In this document: positions 48,401-56,593 of the stretch, piece by piece | How positions within the stretch are numbered: position 1 is the stretch's first letter | Layout of the letters: every line of letters begins with the position of its first letter | Source of the DNA: Deltaproteobacteria bacterium | GTDB lineage: Bacteria; Desulfobacterota; Desulfobacteria; Desulfobacterales; Desulfosarcinaceae | Assembly: GCA_021819735.1 (NCBI GenBank) | Contig: JAKAFO010000001.1 | Coordinates: 320-64,319 of the forward strand | Direction of reading: 5' to 3' | Length of the DNA: 64,000 nucleotides | Position numbers and translations under genes: made by a program | The notes under the pieces: generated by a model | Seen by the model: only the letters and a program-made list of their open reading frames with translations | The model's database searches: none | What the model was told of the DNA's origin: nothing

Positions 48401-50114
48401 GGAAAGCGCCGATTGGGGCGGAGAGGTGATCGAAGCGCCTGTGTTCGAATCCGCCGGCGCCGATGAGCAAAGCTTGCTCTCAAGGCTCGAAAACGCTTTC
48501 GATGCCAAAATGCAAGGCAGTGCCGGCGAACATGGGGGACTATCGCAGACCCGTCTGGATGTGGTCCATGAACTGCTTTCCGACGAAGAAAGCCTCGCTG
48601 CGGCGTTGGAAAATCTTTCCGCTCAGCCTTCGACGCCGACCCCGCCCCCAAGTAGCGCCGGCGACATAGAATCCTTCCTCTTCTCGGAAGGCGAAGCGCC
48701 TAAAGAGCCCCGGAAGGTGTTGCAGCCCAAGCCGCTGGCTCAAATGATCGAAAAGCGGGATCATGAAGCCCTTTCGCCCATCGATGAGGACGAAGGCAGG
48801 GGCGGCTACCAGAGGGGACGGCGCCAGACCGATAAGTTCCGCGAACGCTTGCAGAAGCAAAGCATCCGCGTGGATGCGACCAAGATCGACACCTTGATGA
48901 ACCAGGTGGGAGAATTGGTTGTCACCCGCGCCGGCTTCAGCCAGCTCCATGAAGAGATGCGCGAGTTGATGCTGATGATGAAGCTGAACCAAAAAGCGGA
49001 AACGCCGGAGATGCAGATGATCAAGCGGTTGACCAGCCGCATCAACGATACCACGATGTCTTTGGGCCGCATCACTTCAGAGCTCCAAGACAACGTCATG
49101 AAGGTGCGGATGCTGCCCATCGCCCAACTCTTCAGCCGCTATCCGCGTGTCGTGCACGATCTAATTCGCAACACCGATAAACAGGTGGAACTGGAAATCC
49201 ATGGCGAAGAGACCGAATTGGACCGCATGGTGATCGAGCAAATTTCCGATCCCCTGGTGCACATCATCCGCAATGCCGTGGATCATGGCATCGAACCGGC
49301 CAACGAGCGTGTACGCAAGGGCAAGCCGGAAACCGGCACCCTGAAGCTCGAGGCCTATCCCGAGGGTAATTACGTCGTCATCGAAGTCAGCGACGATGGC
49401 CGCGGCATCGACCCCGATTTCATCAAGGCCAAGGCGCTTTCCAAGGGGTTCATCCAAGCCGAAGAAGCCGAACGGATGAGCGAAGAGGATCTGCTGGGGT
49501 TGATCATGCGCCCGGGTTTTTCCACCGCCGACGAAGTCACGACCACATCGGGACGCGGCGTCGGCATGGACGTCGTCAAAGAGAACATCGAAAGGTTGAA
49601 CGGCACCATCGAAACCCAAAGCATGCCGGGCTCCGGCACCCTTTTTCGCATCAAGATCCCTTTGACCCTGGCCATTATCCCGGCCCTGCTGGTGCACGTC
49701 GCCGGAGAGATTTTCACCATTCCCTTGTCGGCGGTGGATGAAACCATTCGTATCCGTCCGCATGAGATCTACACCATCGAGGGTATGGAAGTTTACTACC
49801 TGCGGGATTCAACGCTGCCGTTGATCCGTATATCCCAGGTGCTCAATATGGAGGGCGCCGCTTCCGACAGTGACGAAGTGTTCGTCGTCGTGGTCAATAC
49901 AGGCAACCGGCAGGCCGGTCTCATCGTCGATAAACTCTGGGGCCGGGAGGAAGTGGTTATTAAGCCACTGGAAGATTATTTGCAGGAAAAGAGCGGCTTT
50001 TCAGGCGCAACGGTTCTTGGCGACGGTGCCATCTCCCTCATTCTGGATGTCTCCGATTTGGTTCATCTGGCGGTAGCCCAGCACATCAGACGGGTAAAGG
50101 CCGTTAACGCGTAG
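45498..50114 (+). CDS. cheA: CheA histidine kinase with three Hpt and three pseudo-Hpt domains
   Basis: Three copies of HTIKGSS; SIRVD dimerisation domain; HIIRNAVDHG, DDGRG, PGFST and GRGVGMDVV; C-terminal CheW-like P5. Confidence 0.95.
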   Translation: MTDNSLLQDFIAETGEHLEDTERNLLRLEQSPEDARVLNEIFRSIHTIKGSSEYLGLERIAELSHKLESLLDLLRRGERKLDPSVEDLFIATHDRIAQLVDDLSKHQAEQTAIDDLVRRIEGYTGEAAPVSAEELSATAPPQTDTNAIEDEYDQELFGIFVDQLLDGLQALCAETQKIQSGEMVDQALAHYEDRLGTLKSAANYMGYDQLKEVYENWQQPVSYARKQIAGGSAVDGAAFARDVTALHLERIKGFFPKVTALQQLVLDMVAPTVIPVVQPEAPKAEAKQELRFDDIGVELESEPAMAPMSSAKEIQPELDLFSDGDEAAESSQKADRSLLQDFIVETGEHLEDTERCLLRLEQQPEDTDVLNEVFRSVHTIKGSSEYLGLERIAELSHKLESLLDLLRRGERKLDRAVEDLLIATHDRLLQLVDDLAQHQAEQTAIDDLVQRIKDYTEQVPPVMAEEAPAAPGPKAEGDAIEAEYDEELFGIFVDQLKDGLQELCAQTLKLVSGQSVQQALSLYEDRLGTLKSSANYMGYDKLKQVYGQWLQAVAKIQQMIADSHEVDWYAFAQEVTAAHLDRIKSFFPKVAAVQQMTLSLTPPQPAAEAMLPEPAVQMAAQLVVPAAEAASPPDAEPPVEAPSMAETIPSEPADQGLLGDFITETSEHLDEVEQNLLRLEQAPGDLGVLNELFRSIHTIKGSSEYLGMERIAELSHKLENLLDLLRRGQNGVDRGIIDLLMAGKDRITELLEDITTRRSESAAIDDLLVRIQKFVSGPESVAQPAAVPETMEAAPAPVTPIPSAAPLAVYEEAYDKELFAIFTQQFEAGLKALSSLAEKLEAGPDAAPVLSTCQDQLRRLRSSANYMEYEELKATYDQWIDAVDAAIHQLSNGETVEWQSWVDLVMRPMMERVRHFFAAPALGPAVADVTLSIKDQEVQAEPVQIPAPIIDIAPAEPAPTAAILPPDRESADWGGEVIEAPVFESAGADEQSLLSRLENAFDAKMQGSAGEHGGLSQTRLDVVHELLSDEESLAAALENLSAQPSTPTPPPSSAGDIESFLFSEGEAPKEPRKVLQPKPLAQMIEKRDHEALSPIDEDEGRGGYQRGRRQTDKFRERLQKQSIRVDATKIDTLMNQVGELVVTRAGFSQLHEEMRELMLMMKLNQKAETPEMQMIKRLTSRINDTTMSLGRITSELQDNVMKVRMLPIAQLFSRYPRVVHDLIRNTDKQVELEIHGEETELDRMVIEQISDPLVHIIRNAVDHGIEPANERVRKGKPETGTLKLEAYPEGNYVVIEVSDDGRGIDPDFIKAKALSKGFIQAEEAERMSEEDLLGLIMRPGFSTADEVTTTSGRGVGMDVVKENIERLNGTIETQSMPGSGTLFRIKIPLTLAIIPALLVHVAGEIFTIPLSAVDETIRIRPHEIYTIEGMEVYYLRDSTLPLIRISQVLNMEGAASDSDEVFVVVVNTGNRQAGLIVDKLWGREEVVIKPLEDYLQEKSGFSGATVLGDGAISLILDVSDLVHLAVAQHIRRVKAVNA
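45513..48250 (+). repeat. Three tandem intragenic modules in cheA (offsets 996 and 957 nt)
   Basis: TTGCTTCAAGATTTCATCG occurs at 45513 and 46509; the equivalent LLGDF codons start at 47466. Confidence 0.9.
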
Positions 50115-50154
50115 CAGCTCAGTGGCGATTACCTATCACCGGGATTGAACGACT

Positions 50155-51600
50155 ATGATGGAAGCTTCTAAAAGCCAAAACTTAGCGCAAGCGGGAACGG
50201 GATTCGCCGGAACTTTGCGCAATATCCAATTGACCGATATCATCCAGATGTGTTGCCTGGCCGGGGCAAGCATATGCGTGCGTGTGCGTCAGGATCAGCA
50301 GCAGGGAGAGCTTTTCATCCAGGATGGGGACATTGTGCATGCCGAGTGCGGCATGCTTTCCGGCGTCAACGCTTTTTTTACTATCTTGGGATGGCCAAGC
50401 GGTCAATTTGAAACCATGGACGCGCCGCCGATCGCCAAGCCCACCATCAAAGAGCCTTACCAATTCTTGTTGATGGAAGCCGCCCGCAGAGCCGACGAGT
50501 TGGCGCAGAGCAAGGTGGAGGAAGCTTCGGCCGCGGCCCTCGCACCCGCGGTGGTCCCGGATAAGCGCCTGCGGGTATTGATCGTGGACGATTCGGCCAT
50601 TATGTCCAAGATCCTAACCAGCATGTTGATGGCCGACGCCAGCATTGAGGTGGTGGGTAATGCCAAAAACGGCGAGGATGCCCTGGAAAAAATGAAACAG
50701 CTTTCGCCGGATTTGATCACCATGGATGTCAATATGCCGGTCATGGACGGCAGTACGGCCTTGAAGCACATCATGATTGAGAGCCCTTGCCCGGTCGTGA
50801 TCATGAGCAATCTGTCGCCATCGTCGTATGGCACGATCCTCTCCTTTTTGAACCTGGGGGCCGTGGATTTCATGAGCAAGCCGGTCAAGAACCGCAACAT
50901 CGTCAAGCAGCAACAGCGCATGGTCGAACGCGTGCATCTGGCGGTGTCGGCCAACATCAAGCGCTTTCAACGTCTCCGCCTGCCAAAGCTGACCGAAGCC
51001 GATTTCGTGAAGATCAACCCCAAGCTGCCCTGTGAGCGTTTGGTGATTGCGGTTTCAGGCGTTGGCGGCTTTCTGGAGGTCATGCAGATGGTCTCTTCGA
51101 TGCCCATCAACCCGGTCGCCAGCGTGCTCTCCATGCAGTCGATCCCACCGCAGTTTGCGCCGGCGCTCTCGGAGTATTTGAATGCCCGCAGTCGATTCGA
51201 GGTGCAGGCCTTGGACAGCGGAGCGGTCTTATGCCCGGGCCGGTGCTACATCGGCGCCAGCGGAAGGGCCCTGGAGATCGGGAAGGTCGGCATGGTGCGG
51301 GTTTTAAAGGACGCCACCAAGGAAGATACGGAAGAAGTGCTCAATGGCCTGGATCAATTGCTGACCAATGCGGCCGATCTTTTTGGAAGCAAAACGATCG
51401 TCTTTCTGTTGTCCGGAGGGGAAGTCGGCAGCATGGCCGGTCTGCGCAAGATCAAAGCGGCCGGAGGCATTATTGTGGCCCCGCAACCGGATAAGTGCAT
51501 TATGCCTAAAACCATCGTTCCTGTGGTGGACGAAGGCTTGATTACTGAACTATTCGACCCCAAAGACATGGTTCATGTTTTGAGGCGTTATTGCTCCTGA
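50155..51600 (+). CDS. DUF4388 - REC - degenerate CheB-like domain protein
   Basis: GFAGTLRNIQLTDIIQM...LLMEAARRADE; REC IVDDS...MDVNMP...KP; esterase motifs eroded (VSGVGG, QSI, LSGGEVGS). Confidence 0.87.
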   Translation: MMEASKSQNLAQAGTGFAGTLRNIQLTDIIQMCCLAGASICVRVRQDQQQGELFIQDGDIVHAECGMLSGVNAFFTILGWPSGQFETMDAPPIAKPTIKEPYQFLLMEAARRADELAQSKVEEASAAALAPAVVPDKRLRVLIVDDSAIMSKILTSMLMADASIEVVGNAKNGEDALEKMKQLSPDLITMDVNMPVMDGSTALKHIMIESPCPVVIMSNLSPSSYGTILSFLNLGAVDFMSKPVKNRNIVKQQQRMVERVHLAVSANIKRFQRLRLPKLTEADFVKINPKLPCERLVIAVSGVGGFLEVMQMVSSMPINPVASVLSMQSIPPQFAPALSEYLNARSRFEVQALDSGAVLCPGRCYIGASGRALEIGKVGMVRVLKDATKEDTEEVLNGLDQLLTNAADLFGSKTIVFLLSGGEVGSMAGLRKIKAAGGIIVAPQPDKCIMPKTIVPVVDEGLITELFDPKDMVHVLRRYCS

Positions 51601-51657
51601 TAGAATTCCGTCATTTAATAGTCAGTTTGACTGACAGAAGATGCATGAGAGCCAATC

Positions 51658-52695
51658 ATGGATGAACCGATTAAAGTTTTAATTGTAGACGACGCTTTGT
51701 TCATGCGCAAAGCCATTTCCGAAATTCTGCAATCGGACAACCGCCTGAATGTGGTGGGCACCGCCCGGGACGGATTGGATGGCTTGGAAAAGATCAAAGC
51801 GCTCAATCCCCATGTGGTAACCTTGGATATCGATATGCCGCGCATGGATGGTTTGGCAGCCGTGCGTCACCTCATGATCGAATCCCCGGTGCCGGTGGTG
51901 GTGCTCAGCTCGCTGTTCAGCGACGGCGCCGTGACCTTCGAAGCCTTGCGTCTGGGGGTTGTCGATTTCGTACCCAAACCCTCGGGCGGCATTTCCGAAG
52001 ACATGGACAAATCCAGGCGCCAGATCATCGACCGGGTCAAGATCGCCAGCAGCGTCAATTTCGAAAATATCCGGCGGGTGCGGATGCTGGTAGGGGACAC
52101 GAAGGAGAATCTTGCGCCCCGGCACGGACAAAACGCCCTGCAATACTTGATCACCCTGGGCACCAGTTTAAGCGGACCCAACACGGTAATCCGGCTCCTG
52201 ACGCGCTTGTCTCCCGCGTTGCCAGCCGCCATGGTGGTGGTCCAGGAGATCGCGCCTCAGATTTTGCCGGCCTTTGCGAAAAAATTTAACGAACATGTGC
52301 CCTGGTTCGTTGAAGTGGCTCGGGACGGCATGATCCTGGAACAGGGCGTTTGCTATATTTGTTCGAATACCCAATCCTTGTCCATCGAACGCAATGAAAA
52401 AGATCAGCCTTGCATCCGTTTGGACAAAGCGGTGGATCAACCGCTGAACAAGCTCTTTTCCTCCGCGGCCCAAGTCTTCCGGCAAAATACCATTGGCGTC
52501 CTGCTCACCGGCGTGGGCGACGACGGCGCGGATGGATTTGCCCGTATACGGGATTACAACGGCAACACCATTGCCCAAGACACTCATTGCTGTGTCTACC
52601 CAAACCTGACCCAGAATGCCATCGAAAAAGGCACCGTTCGCAAAGTAGTTACAGAAAGTCAACTGCCTGGCGCCATTGAAGCCAGTATGGCATAA
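51658..52695 (+). CDS. REC - CheB-like protein (catalytic His replaced by Glu)
   Basis: IVDDALFMRKAI...LDIDMP...PKP; GTSLSG, VQEI and LTGVGDDG. Confidence 0.88.
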   Translation: MDEPIKVLIVDDALFMRKAISEILQSDNRLNVVGTARDGLDGLEKIKALNPHVVTLDIDMPRMDGLAAVRHLMIESPVPVVVLSSLFSDGAVTFEALRLGVVDFVPKPSGGISEDMDKSRRQIIDRVKIASSVNFENIRRVRMLVGDTKENLAPRHGQNALQYLITLGTSLSGPNTVIRLLTRLSPALPAAMVVVQEIAPQILPAFAKKFNEHVPWFVEVARDGMILEQGVCYICSNTQSLSIERNEKDQPCIRLDKAVDQPLNKLFSSAAQVFRQNTIGVLLTGVGDDGADGFARIRDYNGNTIAQDTHCCVYPNLTQNAIEKGTVRKVVTESQLPGAIEASMA

Positions 52696-52719
52696 CCGCA
52701 TTCAAGGGGGGACCCGTCC

Positions 52720-53661
52720 ATGATAGTTGTCTGTCCCAGTTGCCTGACTCGCTATGATCTAAACGACCGCCTCGTTCAGGAGCCGAACTTCATCGCGCGC
52801 TGCACCAAATGTCAGCACGTTTTTTCGGCCTATCGGCCGGTGCGGGTTGAGGAGATTCATTTTCTGGATCTGGCGGCTGCCAAAAAAAGCGACGGCACGG
52901 ACAATGTGGTGGCCATCAGCAATCAAAAAGGGGGCGTGGCCAAAACCTCTACCTGTCTCAATCTGGGGCTCTCCCTGGCGATGCATGGCAAGCGCGTGCT
53001 TCTGATCGACTTCGACGTTCAGGCCAACCTGACCATCTCCATGGGGTATAAGGAGAGCATCTCTTTTTACGAAGCGATCAATGGCGGGGGAAATGACCTG
53101 GGGAACCACATTGTTCAGACCAAGTACAATAATTTATGGCTTTTCCCGTCCAACAAGAACATGGTGCTGTTGAACAAGAAGTATTTTGGGGCCCGCAACT
53201 TCGAATTCATGCTCAAAGACCGACTGATGACAATTCGGGGGCGCTTTGACTATATCCTGATCGATACCCCCCCCTCCATTGAATTTTTTACGCTCAATGC
53301 CCTGACAGCGTCCCGGCTGGTCATCATCCCCAGCCAGTGCGATTATCTCTCGACCCATGGCATCGATCAGATCCTCAAACTGATTCAGTTGATTAAAACC
53401 AAAACCAATCCGTCGATATCTCCCAGAATTCTCATCACGATGTACGACAAGGAGAGCACCGCCTCGAAGATGATTTGTACCAAGCTTAAACGCCTCTACC
53501 CCGGCCTGGCCTTCGAAACGCTCATCGAAATGGATGCGCGCATCCGCGAGGCCCAGATCATGAGCATGCCGGTTCTTGAATACCATCAGCAGAGCAAGGC
53601 CGGACTTCAATACCATCAATTGGCCGAAGAGATCCTGGGCCGGCTCCCGGAAACCCACTGA
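52720..53661 (+). CDS. ParA/Soj-family ATPase with N-terminal MJ0042-type zinc ribbon
   Basis: CPSCLTRY...RCTKCQHVF, NQKGGVAKT, DFDVQANLT and IDTPP. Confidence 0.9.
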   Translation: MIVVCPSCLTRYDLNDRLVQEPNFIARCTKCQHVFSAYRPVRVEEIHFLDLAAAKKSDGTDNVVAISNQKGGVAKTSTCLNLGLSLAMHGKRVLLIDFDVQANLTISMGYKESISFYEAINGGGNDLGNHIVQTKYNNLWLFPSNKNMVLLNKKYFGARNFEFMLKDRLMTIRGRFDYILIDTPPSIEFFTLNALTASRLVIIPSQCDYLSTHGIDQILKLIQLIKTKTNPSISPRILITMYDKESTASKMICTKLKRLYPGLAFETLIEMDARIREAQIMSMPVLEYHQQSKAGLQYHQLAEEILGRLPETH

Positions 53662-53841
53662 TCGCTATGATTCTCGGCGGCAAAGTATCCGTTCCGGGTC
53701 CTGATCCAGCAGGCAATTGGAAGGAGATACGGCTGCCCCGCCGGTTTCGCTCAAGCCGGCCAATGGAGCGTTCCGGCTGTCCGCAAGCCGGTTGCCTCAG
53801 TTTTGCGGATGCGCTATGGGAGGGCTCCAGAGGTGCCGACC

Positions 53842-54654
53842 ATGAAATTTGAACATAATGAAGGCCCGCAAGCGCTTCATGGTTCTGCAGAGCACGTCGG
53901 CCGTTCGTGGTGGTTGGGCTTGTCCGCTTTTCTGCTCATCTTGGTGGCCTGGGAAGTCCTGGCCCGTTGCAGCGGTTGGAGTGTCCAAATATTTCCAGAT
54001 CCTTTGACGGTCGTGCTCAGCCTGCTCGAGCTGATCGGCAATGGTACCTTGCTGAAGCATACCGTGGCCAGCTTGTTTCGCGTCACTTCCGGTTTTTATC
54101 TGGCGGTTTTGCTCGGCGTCCCCTTGGGGATCTTGCTGGGGCGGATCTGGATGATCTGGGCATTTCTCAATCCCGTGATTCAATTTTTACGTCCCATTTC
54201 GCCGCTTGCGTGGATTCCGCTGGCCATGCTCTGGTTCGGTATCGGCGATCCACCCGCCATCTTTTTAATCTTCCTGGCAAGCTTTTTCCCCATGGTGGTC
54301 TCTACCACCATCGCCGTACACAACATTAATCCGATCTATTTTCAGGTAGCGGCCAATTTCAACTTTTCACGCAAAGAAATACTTGCGCGTGTCATTTTTC
54401 CCGCCATTATCCCCGAAGTGGTAACGGCGTTACGCCTGACCGTCACCATCGCCTGGCTGGTGGTAGTGGCCGCCGAAATGATCGCTGTGCGTTCCGGGCT
54501 GGGCTACTTGATCCTGGATGCGCGCAACGCCCTGCGCATGGATTACGTCATGGATGGCATGATCGTCATCGGCCTTATCGGATTGGTACTGGACTATATG
54601 ATGAAACGTCTGGGCAACATCGAATCGGCCAGTTGGGGAGCCAAAGCGCACTAA
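53842..54654 (+). CDS. ABC transporter permease, NitT/TauT/SsuC family
   Basis: LRPISPLAWIPLAMLWFG and VVAAEMI...GLGYLI. Confidence 0.9.
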   Translation: MKFEHNEGPQALHGSAEHVGRSWWLGLSAFLLILVAWEVLARCSGWSVQIFPDPLTVVLSLLELIGNGTLLKHTVASLFRVTSGFYLAVLLGVPLGILLGRIWMIWAFLNPVIQFLRPISPLAWIPLAMLWFGIGDPPAIFLIFLASFFPMVVSTTIAVHNINPIYFQVAANFNFSRKEILARVIFPAIIPEVVTALRLTVTIAWLVVVAAEMIAVRSGLGYLILDARNALRMDYVMDGMIVIGLIGLVLDYMMKRLGNIESASWGAKAH

Positions 54655-54695
54655 AGCTGCATGCCGTCGGCGGCAGGGGAGGCGAAAGCCACAAC

Positions 54696-55493
54696 ATGGG
54701 TTACATCCGCATCGACAACTTGACCAAGATGTACATGGGCAGGCGCAGCAAGCCGCGCAACTTGCACGACCCCATCGAGCGTTCAGGGGACAATATCCTG
54801 GTGCTCAACAACATCAGCATGAGTTTCGAGGAAGGCGAGATGGTCTGCATTCTGGGGCCGTCAGGATGCGGCAAATCCACCTTGTTGCGGGTTATCGCCG
54901 GTTTTGAAAACCCCACCTATGGTGCGATTTGGGTAGGGGGCAAACCGGTGATCGGGCCATCGGATCAGTCGATCTTTGTCTTCCAGCACAGCGGTTTGTT
55001 TCCCTGGATGACGGTGGCCCAGAATGTCGGGCTGGGGCTGCGCCATATGGCGGACAAGGCTGCCAAAAAAGCGAAGATCAAGGAGTTTATCGAGATCGTT
55101 GAATTGGATGGCTTTGAAGACTATTATCCCCACCAACTTTCCGGTGGCATGCAGCGGCGCGCCGAATTGGCCCGAGCCATTGCCGTCAATCCGGATCTGC
55201 TGATCATGGATGAACCGTTCAGCGGACTGGATTTTTTAACGCACATGAAGATGCGCGAAGAGGTGGTCAACATGCACGAGTTTATCCGCAAAACCACCTT
55301 GGTCGTTACCCACGATATCGATGACGCCTTGATCATGGGGGACCGTATCGTTGTATTCAGCGGACGACCGGCGGCCGTGAAGATGATCCATAAGCTCGAT
55401 TTCCCCAGGCCCCGGGATTTTGAGCGTGATCATGGATTGAGTCGCCTGCGCAGCGAAATCTTCCTGATGCTGGGGGTGCCCTATGCCGTTTAG
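54696..55493 (+). CDS. ABC transporter ATPase, NitT/TauT family
   Basis: GPSGCGKST, LFPWMTV, LSGGMQRR, MDEPF and VTHD. Confidence 0.92.
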   Translation: MGYIRIDNLTKMYMGRRSKPRNLHDPIERSGDNILVLNNISMSFEEGEMVCILGPSGCGKSTLLRVIAGFENPTYGAIWVGGKPVIGPSDQSIFVFQHSGLFPWMTVAQNVGLGLRHMADKAAKKAKIKEFIEIVELDGFEDYYPHQLSGGMQRRAELARAIAVNPDLLIMDEPFSGLDFLTHMKMREEVVNMHEFIRKTTLVVTHDIDDALIMGDRIVVFSGRPAAVKMIHKLDFPRPRDFERDHGLSRLRSEIFLMLGVPYAV

Positions 55494-56532
55494 TGCCTCC
55501 GGCTTGCGGAGAAAGTGGCACTCTTATCCGTGGCGGATCTTGATGTTGATGGTGGGATGGTTTGTGCTCATTGGGGCCCTGCACTTCAGCCTAAATACCG
55601 ACCGTGACCAGCGCAAGATCGTCAAAATGGGTTATATGCCCGTTATCACCAATCTGGCGGCGCCGCTGCTGGATGCCGCCAGCACCCAGGCCGACAGCGC
55701 CATACGGTTCCGGGCCATGAAATTCGCCTCCTTCGCCGAGATGGCCGAAGCCTTGCGCAGTGATCAGATTCAGGCGGCATTTATCATCGCACCGCTATCC
55801 GTTGTGTTGCACCAACAAGGTGAGGACGTGCGTGTGGTCTATATCGGCAATCGTCATGAGAGCACCTTTGTGACCCGCAAAGAACTGGCAATCAAAAATC
55901 TTGCCGACCTGGAAGGCCGGACAGTGGCTGTGCCCATCCGCTATTCGGGGCATCATTTGGCCCTCCTGAAAATGATCAGCGAAGCGGGCCTAAAGGACAG
56001 GGTTCGCATTGTGGAGATGAACCCGCCCGATATGGCCGCGGCGCTGGCGTCAGGATCGCTGGATGCTTACTTCGTGGGCGAACCCTTCGCCGCCCAGACA
56101 TTGAAATACGGCAGCAGCAATTTGTTCACCTATGTTGAGCAGGTGTGGCCCAATTTCATCTGCAACCTGATGCTGGTCAAAAATCGTCTGATCGAAAAAG
56201 AGCCCGAGACAGTAAAGGCTCTTGTGCAGGGCGCGGTACGTTCAGGTCAATGGGCCAAGAACAATATCCCCCAGGCCGCACAGATCGCTTCCCGTTATTG
56301 GGGGCAGCCTTTGGATTTGGTCGAGTATGCTTTGAGTACCCCATTGCACCGCATCCAATTCGATCAATTCCAGCCTCGCCAAGAGGAAATGCAGCAAATG
56401 GCCGACATGATGAAAGACTTCGGCCTGATCGAAAATAACGTGATTACAGGTTTGGTAGAGGATCGCTTCGCCCGCGAGGCAAACTTGGATGGGATCTCAG
56501 ACCTGGATAGCATCTTGAAACCCATTCGCTGA
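55483..56532 (+). CDS. ABC substrate-binding protein, NitT/TauT (SsuA/NrtA-like) family
   Basis: N-terminal TM anchor, DLEGRTVAVP and MNPPDMAAALASGSLDAYFVGEP. Confidence 0.88.
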   Translation: MPFSASGLRRKWHSYPWRILMLMVGWFVLIGALHFSLNTDRDQRKIVKMGYMPVITNLAAPLLDAASTQADSAIRFRAMKFASFAEMAEALRSDQIQAAFIIAPLSVVLHQQGEDVRVVYIGNRHESTFVTRKELAIKNLADLEGRTVAVPIRYSGHHLALLKMISEAGLKDRVRIVEMNPPDMAAALASGSLDAYFVGEPFAAQTLKYGSSNLFTYVEQVWPNFICNLMLVKNRLIEKEPETVKALVQGAVRSGQWAKNNIPQAAQIASRYWGQPLDLVEYALSTPLHRIQFDQFQPRQEEMQQMADMMKDFGLIENNVITGLVEDRFAREANLDGISDLDSILKPIR

Positions 56533-56593
56533 AAGTACCATCCGGCTTGCATACCTCTATTGAAACAACGCTTTACGATCCAAGGTTCTTGAT

